Assembly: GCA_963805625.1 (NCBI GenBank)
Contig: CAWDVE010000010.1
Span: 128,001 to 192,000 of the forward strand
Origin: an uncultured Candidatus Rokubacteria bacterium
GTDB lineage: Bacteria; Methylomirabilota; Methylomirabilia; Rokubacteriales; DASRDR01
DNA: 64,000 nucleotides
Direction: 5' to 3'
In this document: positions 16,802-26,199 of the stretch, one piece after another
Position numbering within the stretch: the first letter of the stretch is position 1
Layout: each line of letters begins with the position of its first letter
Notes under the pieces: generated by a model
Told to the model about the DNA's origin: nothing
Seen by the model: the letters and a program-made list of their open reading frames with translations, nothing else
Databases searched by the model: none
Position numbers and translations under genes: made by a program

Positions 16802-18367
16802 CTAGAGCGTCTCCACGAAGCCGGCGATCTCGTCGACCTGGAGGCCGGCGACGGCGATGGACGGGGCGTACACGACCTCGTCGCCTCCCCAGACGGTCGT
16901 GCCCTTGACCTCTCGCGTCACGCCGAGGACGCCATCGAGCACGCTCGTGATGTTGTCGCTGATCCGCACGGCGTTGGCCTTGAGGGGCACCGCGATCCGG
17001 CCGTCCCGGATCAGGTAAGAGTCGGCGACGACGGTGCAGGTGAAGTCGGCCGCCTGAAGCCCGTTGATCGGATACGTGTACCAGATGCGTCCCACGTAGA
17101 GCCCCTCGCCGACCCGCCGGCAGAGCTCGTCGAGCGACACGCCGTCCTGACCTTCCACGAAGACGTTGGTCGCGGCGGTGCCGGGCGTCGACCCGAAGCT
17201 CCGACCGCCACCGGCGGCGAAGCGGAAGCCGTTCCGCGCGGCGAGCCCGCCGGCGACCCCGGCCGGGTCGACTCCGAGCTTCGAACGGGCCTGCGGGTCG
17301 CGGAGGAGGCGCTGCGCCTCGTACCAGTTGGTGAGGAGGCCGGTCAGGATGCCGCCGGTGATCAGGTCCGTTCGACCGGTCGGGAGCCCCTCGCACGTGA
17401 TGCCCTTCGATCCCGTGAATCCCGGCAACGCGCCGTGGTCGTAGATCGAGATGGCCGGGGCCGCGACGCACTTGCCGAAGCGGCCGAGGAACGGCGTGGT
17501 CGACGCGTAGAAGCTGGACGCGTGGAGCGCGGGCAGGATCAGGTTGTTCAGGAGATCCGTGACGGGCTGGGGGCCCAGGACGATCCGGTAGCGGCCCGAC
17601 CGGATCCGCTCGCCGCCCAGCGCGCGGATTGCCCCGTGAGCCGCCTCCACGCCTGCCTCCTCTGTGAAGTCGTGGAGCCGCGTGCCGGTGGACCAGCCCG
17701 AGCCCTTCGCGTCCATTGCCTCGACCATGCCGGTCGTCGAGGCCGTGATGAGCGTCGACTCGTCGGTCTGGACCTCCGGGAGATGCGTCGATACGATGGC
17801 GACCCGCTCCTGCACGATCGTGACGTCGCCGCCGAGAAGAAGGCCGAGGCGTCGGAGGCCTTCCTCGCTCTCGGCGATCTCGGCGAGACGGGTGGACACC
17901 GTGAACGTCTGGAGGGCCCCGGTGACGACCCGCCAGCCAGCAGCGACGAGATCCTCGTCGTCGAGGTCGAGGAGTCGCGGGTCGTGGTAGCTTCCGAGCG
18001 TCCGCCGTTCCGGCCCAGGGCGGGGTAGGGAGACGAACGCGGGGTCATGCACGGCCCCCTCCCGGGCCTTGGCGAGCGCGCGCCGCACGCCCTCGCGGGA
18101 GAGGTCGGAGGGCTCGGATCCGAAGCCGAGGCGCGGTCCGTCCGCTCCGCGAAAGACCACCTGGAGTCCGATCCCGTGGGACGCGGTGGACTTCGGCTCC
18201 TCGACCCCATTGGAGGGGAGGTGCGACGCATAGGCGAGCCGCGCGAGCAGCTGGCCATTGGCCGCGGCGAAGACCTCGGCCTCGAGGACGTCGGGCACCG
18301 TGTGGAGGAGCTCGAGCGCCTCCCGCGCGGCGCGGGCGAGCTCGGGAGTCGTCGGTCCGGGTGCCAC
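16802..18367 (-). CDS. TldE/PmbA family protein
   Basis: Directly downstream of tldD; PmbA-like fold motifs (ISIYDHG, EGLPTGRTDLITGGIL, APSIAV); no HExxxH. Confidence 0.8.
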   Translation of the reverse strand: MAPGPTTPELARAAREALELLHTVPDVLEAEVFAAANGQLLARLAYASHLPSNGVEEPKSTASHGIGLQVVFRGADGPRLGFGSEPSDLSREGVRRALAKAREGAVHDPAFVSLPRPGPERRTLGSYHDPRLLDLDDEDLVAAGWRVVTGALQTFTVSTRLAEIAESEEGLRRLGLLLGGDVTIVQERVAIVSTHLPEVQTDESTLITASTTGMVEAMDAKGSGWSTGTRLHDFTEEAGVEAAHGAIRALGGERIRSGRYRIVLGPQPVTDLLNNLILPALHASSFYASTTPFLGRFGKCVAAPAISIYDHGALPGFTGSKGITCEGLPTGRTDLITGGILTGLLTNWYEAQRLLRDPQARSKLGVDPAGVAGGLAARNGFRFAAGGGRSFGSTPGTAATNVFVEGQDGVSLDELCRRVGEGLYVGRIWYTYPINGLQAADFTCTVVADSYLIRDGRIAVPLKANAVRISDNITSVLDGVLGVTREVKGTTVWGGDEVVYAPSIAVAGLQVDEIAGFVETL

Positions 18368-18489
18368 GGGAAGTCAATCTTCCTGTGGGGGAGCGGCGTC
18401 GCTCCGTCCCACGGCCTTCGGCCTGTGGCCCCAGACCTTCCAACCGCAGTGATCCAGGGGGGTGCGTGTGAGTCGGCGGCTCAAGTTCA

Positions 18490-20058
18490 TCAGTTCCCGC
18501 CGGTGAGCCGGGCGCGGCTTCGCATGGTGGGGCCGCCGTTGCCGAGCCGCTTTGTCTGCATGGGCTGCCCCTTGCCACAGTTCGGGATGGGATAGAGACG
18601 GAAGTCAGTACCCACCGCGTCGACGTTCATCAGGTAGTCGCGCGTGTCAGCCGTAATCCCCCCGTCCCGGTAGAGCCGTCCTAGCTCGCCGTTCCGAATC
18701 TCGTAGACCCGCCGCGCCGAGATCCGGAAGTTCTCGCGGCTCTCGGCAATCGAGGGAATCCGGTGCGCGACCAGGTAGTAGCCGCGCTCGACGTCCCGCA
18801 GGATCTGGCGGGGGTCGTCGACCCCTGCGCCGAACACCGTGTTTGACATCCGGATCAGCGGGACGAGCGACGCGTCGGCCGCCTTGTAGTGGCCGTTCGG
18901 CTCGCCGCCGAAAATCGCCGCGGTCTGGCGGCTGTTCAGGAATCCTCTGAAGACGCCCCGGTCGATGTGGACGACGCGGCGGGCGGGCGTGCCCTCGTGG
19001 TCGTAGGCGTAGTGGCCGTACCCGGGGAGTGCGGGGTCGGAGTAGGCGGACACGAGCGGGGAGGCGATGGGCCGGCCCACCTGCGTGTCGCCCAGGCCGC
19101 CGAGGAGCCACGAGCGTCCCGCGTAGGCCATCTCCATCTTCAGCCCGCGGTCCAGCTCGCTGGGATGGCCGACGATCTCGTGGGCGACGAGCGTGTTGTA
19201 GTGCGGGTCCGTGACGACCACGACGTCGCGATCGGTCGAGGGGAGCGGGGGGGCGGCCGCGAGCTCGATCGCCTCCCGCGCGAGGTCGAGCGCGAACGTC
19301 CGGAAGTCGGGCAGCTCCATGAACGCTTCGTGCACGCCGTCGGTCAGGATCTCCCACCCGCGCTGGTGGCCGACCACGTCGTAGAGCTCCTGGCTCGACT
19401 CCGCCGTCGTTCCCACGACGTAGGCCATGCCCTGAGTCAGCGCGAAGGTCTGGTCGATGAGAGCCCCCTCGGAGGAGCAGAACAGCTCTCGCGAGAGCTC
19501 CGTGAGGGTAGCGAGGTGGCTGTAGGTCAGGCGCGGATCGAGGGCGCGGATCTCCCGCCCGAGCTCGGTCGCCGTCCGGACCATGCTCTCGAGCGGCATC
19601 GTGCGCGGGTCGACGCGGTAGACGGCGGGGACGACGTCCCGCGCCACGCGGACCGGGGCCAGACGCGTGTCGGCGAGGCTCGCCCCCAGTCCGGGAAGCT
19701 TCTCGCGCGCCCCCGCCTTGGCCTCGCCGTTGGCGGAGGCCCGGCGGTGCGCCCGGCCGAGCGCGTCACGCAAGATCTCGCGGAGCTGCGGCAGATCGGC
19801 CGCGCCCAGGGTGCCGCCGAGGTACCCCGCGCCGACCATGCGGCGGCCGGCTAGCACCCGCACGCCGAAGGCGCACGCGTAGTCGTCGTTGGCGAACTTC
19901 GGCTCGCCGTTCTCGACGCTCGTCACCTTGCTCTCGGTCACCTCCAGCCGGACGTCGGCGTGGACGAGGTCGGGGAGGGTGCGGGCCCACCCCGTGCACA
20001 GGTCGGCGACCATCGCCTTGGCGCCGTCGATCAGATCGGTCGTGATGCCGCGCGCCAT
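18490..20058 (-). CDS. tldD: TldD family metalloprotease
   Basis: HEIVGH metal motif, YDHEGTPA, PLIRMSNT and CGKGQP...GGP; ATG at 20058. Confidence 0.88.
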   Translation of the reverse strand: MARGITTDLIDGAKAMVADLCTGWARTLPDLVHADVRLEVTESKVTSVENGEPKFANDDYACAFGVRVLAGRRMVGAGYLGGTLGAADLPQLREILRDALGRAHRRASANGEAKAGAREKLPGLGASLADTRLAPVRVARDVVPAVYRVDPRTMPLESMVRTATELGREIRALDPRLTYSHLATLTELSRELFCSSEGALIDQTFALTQGMAYVVGTTAESSQELYDVVGHQRGWEILTDGVHEAFMELPDFRTFALDLAREAIELAAAPPLPSTDRDVVVVTDPHYNTLVAHEIVGHPSELDRGLKMEMAYAGRSWLLGGLGDTQVGRPIASPLVSAYSDPALPGYGHYAYDHEGTPARRVVHIDRGVFRGFLNSRQTAAIFGGEPNGHYKAADASLVPLIRMSNTVFGAGVDDPRQILRDVERGYYLVAHRIPSIAESRENFRISARRVYEIRNGELGRLYRDGGITADTRDYLMNVDAVGTDFRLYPIPNCGKGQPMQTKRLGNGGPTMRSRARLTGGN

Positions 20059-20066
20059 CGCTCTGC

Positions 20067-21260
20067 TCAGATCGGCTCGACGAGGACGCGCTCGCCGGCC
20101 TTCACGTCGCCCCGGGCCTCCTCCAGGATGATGAGGCAGTTGGCGGCGACCATCGAGGAGAGGATGCCCGAGCCCTGGGGGCCGGTGGTCGAGACCTCGT
20201 AGCCGTGGTCGGTGAACCGGAGGATGCCGCGCTTGAACTCGCGGCGGCCAGCCCGCTTCCGCATCGGCTCGACGGCGGTTGCGGTGACGCACTCGGGGTC
20301 GAGCCGCGTTCGCCCACCAAGCTTCCAGAGAGCCGGGCGGACGAATAGGTGGAAGCAGAGCACGGAGGCGACGGGGTTGCCCGGGAGACCGAAGAACTGG
20401 GTCCCCGCGATCCGGCCGACCGCGAGCGGACGGCCCGGCTGCATCGCCACCTGCCAGAAGTCGATGCTGCCGATCTCCCCCAGCACGCTCTTGACGAGGT
20501 CGTAGTCGCCGACCGAGACGCCGCCAGAGGTGAGCACGACGTCCGCCGTGCCGGCGGCCTGGAGGAGGCGCTCGAGGAGGCGCTCGCGGATGTCGGGCAC
20601 GATGCCAAGGTCGAGCGGCTCGGCGCCGGCCCCCTCCACCATGCCGCCGAGCGAGAAGCGGTTCGCATCGTAGATCTGTCCGGGACGACGAGACTGGCCC
20701 GGCTCCACCACCTCGTCGCCGGTGGAGAGCAGGGCAACACGGGGCCGGCGGTGGACCCGCACCTCGGCGAAGCCGAGCGACGCGACGAGACCCAGGTCCT
20801 GCGGACGCAGCACCGCGCCCGCCTTGAGCACGACCGCCCCGCCCCGGACGTCCTCACCGCGTGACCGCACGTTCGCGCCGGGGTCGACCGCGCGAAGGTC
20901 GACCCAGTCTCCCGCGCTCTCGCTGAGTTCCTGCGGCACGACGGTGTCCGCGCCGCGCGGCATGGGCGCGCCGGTCATGATGCGGAGCGCCTCGTGCGGT
21001 CCGATGCCACCCTCGTAGACCGCGCCGGCGGGAAGGTCCGCCACTACCCGAACGCGTGCGCGGCCTCCCGGATCGAGGTCCGCTGCCCGGACGGCGAACC
21101 CGTCCACGGCCGAGTTGTCGGCGGTCGGGACGTCGAAGGGAGCGCGGACGTCCTTCGCGAGAACGCGCCCGAGCCCTCGCGCGACCGGGAGCGTCTCCTC
21201 CGGCGCTGCGGTCGCCACGTCGGCGAGGATGCGAGCCCTGGCTTCCGCGACGGGAATCAT
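20067..21260 (-). CDS. moeA: Molybdopterin molybdenumtransferase
   Basis: SAVDGFAV, IMTGAPMP, STGDE, SGGVSVGDYD, GLPGNP and QGSG motifs; true start MIPVAEAR at 21260. Confidence 0.95.
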   Translation of the reverse strand: MIPVAEARARILADVATAAPEETLPVARGLGRVLAKDVRAPFDVPTADNSAVDGFAVRAADLDPGGRARVRVVADLPAGAVYEGGIGPHEALRIMTGAPMPRGADTVVPQELSESAGDWVDLRAVDPGANVRSRGEDVRGGAVVLKAGAVLRPQDLGLVASLGFAEVRVHRRPRVALLSTGDEVVEPGQSRRPGQIYDANRFSLGGMVEGAGAEPLDLGIVPDIRERLLERLLQAAGTADVVLTSGGVSVGDYDLVKSVLGEIGSIDFWQVAMQPGRPLAVGRIAGTQFFGLPGNPVASVLCFHLFVRPALWKLGGRTRLDPECVTATAVEPMRKRAGRREFKRGILRFTDHGYEVSTTGPQGSGILSSMVAANCLIILEEARGDVKAGERVLVEPI

Positions 21261-21265
21261 GGCGG

Positions 21266-21298
21266 CGCCCGGTATTATACCGGGCGGTCTGCTATAGT
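21266..21298. promoter_or_regulatory. Divergent promoter with a perfect 10-bp inverted repeat
   Basis: CGCCCGGTAT-T-ATACCGGGCG at 21266-21286 contains TATAAT on the minus strand; TGcTATAGT at 21290-21298 on the plus strand. Confidence 0.6.
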
Positions 21299-21308
21299 GG
21301 CGGCACCG

Positions 21309-21863
21309 ATGGACGACGCGCGCGAGTGGACCGCGACGGCGCCGCGAGCGGGCGCGCACGCTCCCGCGGTGGTCCAGCCGGGCGACCCGTGGGGCGCGCC
21401 GGTCTTGGCGCCCGACGCGCGCGTCGCGGGCGGTCCGGACGCGGTGGGTCTCACGCCGGCGGGAATCCAGCGTCGCGGCTTCGCGCTCGTCGTGGACCTG
21501 ATCATCGCGGTGATCCTCTGGAAGATCGGAACGCAGCTCGCGGTGGGCCTTGCCCGGCTCGCGCCGAATCTCGACGTCGTCGCTCAGGCGTTCGGACGGA
21601 CGTGGCAGCTGGTGGTGCCTGTGGCGTACTTCGTCCTGAGCCACGGTACCGGCGGGCAGACGGTGGGCAAACGCCTCCTGGGCGCCCGCGTCATCGACGA
21701 GAGCGGCGCGCCGATCGGGTACCTCCGCGCCCTCGGACGGTGCGTGGCGACGGTCGTGGCGGCGATGCCATTCGGGATCGGCCTGGTCGTCGCGGGATTC
21801 AGGCGAGATCGACGCGGGCTCCACGACTTCCTGGCGGGCACTCGCGTGGTGCGCGTGCGATGA
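21309..21863 (+). CDS. RDD family membrane protein
   Basis: AGIQRRGFALVVD, GQTVGKRLLG and RRGLHDFLAGTRVV motifs. Confidence 0.9.
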   Translation: MDDAREWTATAPRAGAHAPAVVQPGDPWGAPVLAPDARVAGGPDAVGLTPAGIQRRGFALVVDLIIAVILWKIGTQLAVGLARLAPNLDVVAQAFGRTWQLVVPVAYFVLSHGTGGQTVGKRLLGARVIDESGAPIGYLRALGRCVATVVAAMPFGIGLVVAGFRRDRRGLHDFLAGTRVVRVR

Positions 21864-21882
21864 CCCGATCGGGCGCGGAGAC

Positions 21883-22980
21883 GTGCCGATGACCCTCGAC
21901 GTTCTGCGCGACGCGGCCCGACTGGCCGAGAGCGGCGAACCTGCGGGGCTCGCCACGATCGTGGCCACCCGCGGCTCCACGCCGCAGAAGGTGGGAGCGC
22001 GGCTCCTCGCGCGCGGAGGCCAGCGACTCGCGGGAACGCTCGGGGGCGGAGCGGTGGAAGCGGACACGATCCGCGAGGCGACGCTGGCCGCGGCGGGCGG
22101 TGCGCCCGCGCTGCGCGAGTATACGCTGTCGACCGGCGTCGACGACTGGGGGCTGGCGTGCGGCGGGACGATGCTCGTGTTCGTGGAGCGTCTGGACCGA
22201 CACGCACTCGGGTGGCTCACGCCGGTGCTCGAGGCCACGGAAGGGCACCAGGCGGTTGCGGTCGTGACGGCCCTCGACGGCGAAGCGGCTGGCGCCCGCG
22301 TTCTCGTGTCGGAAGGCGAGACCGTGGGCGCTCTCCCGGATGCTGCACTGACGGCCGCCGCGGTGGAGCTCGGACGGCGCGCGCTCGAGGAGGAGGCGCC
22401 CGAGCTTCGCGCGTCCGAGGGGATGAGGCTCTATGCCGAGCCCTTCGGTCCTCCGCCCGCGCTGATCGTCGTCGGGGCGGGGCACGTGGGAAAGGCTCTC
22501 GCCGGCCTGGCCAGGGGCCTGGGTGTGTCAGTGACCGTGGTCGACGACCGGCCCGAGTACGCGAGCCGCGAGCGCTTCCCGGAGGCCGACCGTGTGGTGG
22601 CGGCGCCGGTCGGTGAGGCGCTCGGATGGCTCCCGATCGGCTCGGCAACGGCGATCGTGGTCGCGATGCGGAACCAGGACCTCGACTACGAGGCGACGGC
22701 CAGCGCGCTCCGGACACCGGCGCGCTACGTTGGGCTAATGGGAGCGCGCCGAAAGGCCGTCCTCGTCACCGAGCGTCTGGTGGCGGACGGATTCCCGATC
22801 GAGCGGATTCGGGCGCTCCGGGCGCCGATCGGACTCGACATCGGTGCGCGCGCGCCGGAGGAGATCGCCGTATCCATCCTCGCCGAGTGGCTCATGGTCC
22901 GGCAGGGTGGCACTGGGAGCGCGCTCCGCCTCGATGAGCAGCTCTTCGAGAAGGCCGCAGGGCGCGGCGCTTCCACGTAA
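21883..22980 (+). CDS. XdhC/CoxI family Moco chaperone
   Basis: GSTPQKVGA, GLACGG, VGAGHV, VVDDR, YVGLMG and APIGLDIGARAPEEIAVSILAE motifs. Confidence 0.9.
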   Translation: MPMTLDVLRDAARLAESGEPAGLATIVATRGSTPQKVGARLLARGGQRLAGTLGGGAVEADTIREATLAAAGGAPALREYTLSTGVDDWGLACGGTMLVFVERLDRHALGWLTPVLEATEGHQAVAVVTALDGEAAGARVLVSEGETVGALPDAALTAAAVELGRRALEEEAPELRASEGMRLYAEPFGPPPALIVVGAGHVGKALAGLARGLGVSVTVVDDRPEYASRERFPEADRVVAAPVGEALGWLPIGSATAIVVAMRNQDLDYEATASALRTPARYVGLMGARRKAVLVTERLVADGFPIERIRALRAPIGLDIGARAPEEIAVSILAEWLMVRQGGTGSALRLDEQLFEKAAGRGAST

Positions 22981-23015
22981 ACCCGGCCGGGCTCAGGTGT
23001 CCCGTCCTCCTGCTG

Positions 23016-23681
23016 GTGGGGCCGTTACCGCTTCCCCTCCGCAACCGACTCGCCGAGCTGGTCCTGGAGGCGTTCGAGCCAGGCGAGGCGCGGGCGACGG
23101 TGCTCGCCCTCGCGCGGGCCTCCCGGGCCGAGGGATCCGAGGTCGACACCGCCGACGCCGGCCGTCTCCTGGCGCTCGGGTGGTTCGAGTCCGCGGCGCC
23201 GGGCCGGGTGCGGCTCATCGGCGGATACCGGGTCCACGGGCCGAGTCTCGCCGAGCGGGCGGCGCGAGCGGCCTCGGTCGTCGGGGAGTGGCGGGAGTGC
23301 GAAGACCGTGGCACGGAGGAAATGGCGTCGCTCCTCGAGCGTGCGGCCGCGCTCGCGAACCATGGTCTCTTCTTCGAGGTGCACGAGCTGCTCGAGCCCG
23401 CCTGGTTTCGCGCGCCGGAGCCCACGCGGACAGCGCTCCAGGGACTGATCCAGGTCGCGGTCGCGTTCCATCACCTCGAGAGCGGGAACCTCGAGGGAGC
23501 CCGTTCGCTCCTCGTCCTGGGCGTGGCGAAGGTCACGGAGGCGGGAGCGGCCCTGCCGCTCGATACACGTGGGTGGCTGGGAGAGCTCAGAGCGACGCTC
23601 GCCACGCTTGCCGCCGGGGAGAGCCCGACGCTCGTTCCGCGCTGGCCACCCTGGCCACGCCCGCGCGTTCCGTTTCCCTGA
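23016..23681 (+). CDS. DUF309 domain protein
   Basis: FFEVHELLEPAW...LQGLIQVAVAFHH...GNLEGA motif. Confidence 0.8.
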   Translation: MGPLPLPLRNRLAELVLEAFEPGEARATVLALARASRAEGSEVDTADAGRLLALGWFESAAPGRVRLIGGYRVHGPSLAERAARAASVVGEWRECEDRGTEEMASLLERAAALANHGLFFEVHELLEPAWFRAPEPTRTALQGLIQVAVAFHHLESGNLEGARSLLVLGVAKVTEAGAALPLDTRGWLGELRATLATLAAGESPTLVPRWPPWPRPRVPFP

Positions 23682-23712
23682 GCGACCCCGCGACGGGACC
23701 GGAGGAGGCCTG

Positions 23713-24666
23713 ATGGCGCTGCTGCTGAACGAATCCGAGGTCACGATGCTCCTGCCGATGTCGCTGGCGATCGAGGCGGTCGAGGACGCCTTCCGGTGGC
23801 AAGGGGAGGGGAAACTGACGAACAAGCCCCGCGTCCGCCTGCCGGTGCCAGGGGGGCTGCTCCACGTGATGCCCGCGGCGCTGCCCGAGGCGCGGGTCAT
23901 GGGACTCAAGACCTACGCGACCGTACGCGGCGGCACCAAGTTCGTGGTGCTGCTCTTCTCGGCGGAGACCGGCGCCCTCCTCGCCATCATCGAGGCCGAC
24001 AAGCTCGGTCAGATGCGGACCGGCGCCGCGTCCGGCGTCGCCACGAAGTACCTCGCCCGGCCGGACGCCGACCGGGTGGGGTGCTACGGCACCGGATGGC
24101 AGGCGCGCTCGCAGCTCGAGGCGGTCTGCGCCGTCCGGCGGGTGCGGGAGGCGCGTGTCTACGGGCGAGATCCCGAGCGCCGGGCGCGTTTCGCCGAGGA
24201 GATGGGACCGCTGCTCGGCGTCCCCGTGGTGGCGGTCGACCGGCCCGAGGTGGCGGCCCGGGACGCCTCGATCCTCGTCACGATCACCGGGTCGAAGACG
24301 CCTGTCCTCGAAGGACGCTGGATCGCGCCTGGCGCCCACGTGAACGCCGCCGGCTCGAACGCGCTCCAGCGGGCGGAGCTCGACGTCGAGGCGGTGCGTC
24401 GCGCCGGCCTCGTGGTGACGGACTCGCTGGAGCAGGCGCGCGTGGAGTGCGGCGACCTGGTGGCGGCGCTGGAACAAGGGGTGATCCGGTGGGAGGACGT
24501 GCACGAGCTGGGTGAGGTCGTCGCCGGCCGCCATCTCGGCCGGACGGGCGCCGCCGAGATCACGCTCTTCGAGTCCCAGGGGGTGGCCATGGAGGACGTC
24601 GCCGTCGCGGTCCGGCTCGTCGCCCGGGCGCGCGAGCGCCGCGTGGGGACGGAGATTCCCATCTGA
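23713..24666 (+). CDS. Ornithine cyclodeaminase/mu-crystallin family imine reductase
   Basis: MRTGAASGVAT, GTGWQA, HVNAAGS and ITLFESQG...ED; GGAGGAGG RBS. Confidence 0.9.
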   Translation: MALLLNESEVTMLLPMSLAIEAVEDAFRWQGEGKLTNKPRVRLPVPGGLLHVMPAALPEARVMGLKTYATVRGGTKFVVLLFSAETGALLAIIEADKLGQMRTGAASGVATKYLARPDADRVGCYGTGWQARSQLEAVCAVRRVREARVYGRDPERRARFAEEMGPLLGVPVVAVDRPEVAARDASILVTITGSKTPVLEGRWIAPGAHVNAAGSNALQRAELDVEAVRRAGLVVTDSLEQARVECGDLVAALEQGVIRWEDVHELGEVVAGRHLGRTGAAEITLFESQGVAMEDVAVAVRLVARARERRVGTEIPI

Positions 24667-24668
24667 CC

Positions 24669-26177
24669 ATGGCGCCCAGCGTGACGCGCGAGGGTGAGCT
24701 CGACGTGGTGGTCGTGGGCGGCGGGAACGCCGCGCTCTGCGCGGCCCTGGCCGCCCGGGAGTCCGGCGCGCGGGTGGTGCTCCTCGAGAAGGCGCCCCCG
24801 CACGAGCGCGGCGGCAACTCGTTCTTCACGGCGGGCGGCTTCCGGTTCACACACACCGGGCTCGACGATCTTCGGCGGGACGTTCTCGTCGACCTCACCG
24901 ACGGGGAGGCGGCGGCTGTCGACGTTCCACCGTACACCACCGACCAGTTCCTCGGCGACCTCATGCGGCTGACCGAGGGGTTGAGCGATCCCGACCTGGC
25001 GGACGTCCTGATCCGCCGGTCCCGCCCGACCGTCGTGTGGATGCGGGGTCACGGGGTGCGGTGGATCCTCATGATGGCGCGCCAGTCCTACCACGTCGGC
25101 GGCAAGCACCGCTTCTGGGGCGGGCTCAACGTGGAAGCGGTCGGTGGCGGTCCGGGGCTGATCGAGGCTCTCTACGAGGGCGCCGAGCGGCTGGGCGTCG
25201 ACGTGCGCTACGGGACCAAGGGGACGGGGCTCCTGCTCGACGGGCGCGGCGCGATCCGTGGCGTCACCTGCCGAGGCCCCGACGGCTTCTTCGAGGTCGC
25301 AACCCGGTCGGTGGTCCTGGCGTCGGGCGGATTCGAGGCTAACCCGGAGTGGCGCGCCCGGTACCTCGGCCCCGGCTGGGAGCTCGCCCACGTCCGCGGT
25401 ACGCGCCACAATACCGGCGACGGGATCCGCATCGCGCTCGAGGTTGGCGCTCAACCCTACGGCAACTGGTCCGGCTGCCACGCGGTGGCCTGGGATGCGG
25501 GCTCCCCGCCTTTCGGCGACCGCCGGGTGGGCGACATGTTCCAGAAGCACTCGTATCCCCTCGGCATCATCGTCAACGTCCGCGGGGAGCGGTTCGTGGA
25601 CGAGGGTGCCGACTTCCGGAACTACACGTACGCGAAGTACGGGCGGGAGATCCTCCGGCAGCCCCAGCGCCTCGCGTTCCAGATCTTCGATCAGAAGGTC
25701 GTGCCGATCCTGCGGGAGGAGTACCGGATCCGCGAGGTGACCAAGGGTGAGGCGGGGACGATCGAGGAGCTGGCTCGGCAGCTCGACATCGACCCGCGCG
25801 GCCTCGCCCGGACGGTGGGCGACTTCAATACGGGGGTCGCTCCGGGTGAATTCAATCCCGCGGTGCTCGACGGCAAAGGGACGCGGGGCGTCGTTCCGCC
25901 CAAGTCGAACTGGGCGCAGACGCTCGACACTCCGCCCTTCGTCGGGTATGCGGTCACCTGCGGGATCACCTTCACTTTCGGCGGTCTCCGGGTCACACCA
26001 CGCGCCGAGGTCCTCGACACCGAGGACCGGCCGATTCCCGGACTGCTCGCCGCCGGAGAGCTGGTGGGCGGCCTCTTCTACGAGAACTACCCCGGAGGCA
26101 CGGGGCTCATGGCCGGGGCCGCGTTCGGCCGGCTTGCGGGGGAGCAGGCAGGGGCCTACGTGGCCCAGGCGCGTTGA
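24669..26177 (+). CDS. FAD-dependent tricarballylate dehydrogenase TcuA/CobZ-like oxidoreductase
   Basis: VVGGGNAA, RGGNS, GERFVDEG, GITFTFGGL and YPGGTGL motifs. Confidence 0.85.
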   Translation: MAPSVTREGELDVVVVGGGNAALCAALAARESGARVVLLEKAPPHERGGNSFFTAGGFRFTHTGLDDLRRDVLVDLTDGEAAAVDVPPYTTDQFLGDLMRLTEGLSDPDLADVLIRRSRPTVVWMRGHGVRWILMMARQSYHVGGKHRFWGGLNVEAVGGGPGLIEALYEGAERLGVDVRYGTKGTGLLLDGRGAIRGVTCRGPDGFFEVATRSVVLASGGFEANPEWRARYLGPGWELAHVRGTRHNTGDGIRIALEVGAQPYGNWSGCHAVAWDAGSPPFGDRRVGDMFQKHSYPLGIIVNVRGERFVDEGADFRNYTYAKYGREILRQPQRLAFQIFDQKVVPILREEYRIREVTKGEAGTIEELARQLDIDPRGLARTVGDFNTGVAPGEFNPAVLDGKGTRGVVPPKSNWAQTLDTPPFVGYAVTCGITFTFGGLRVTPRAEVLDTEDRPIPGLLAAGELVGGLFYENYPGGTGLMAGAAFGRLAGEQAGAYVAQAR

Positions 26178-26199
26178 CGGGCCGACAAGGAGGACGATC

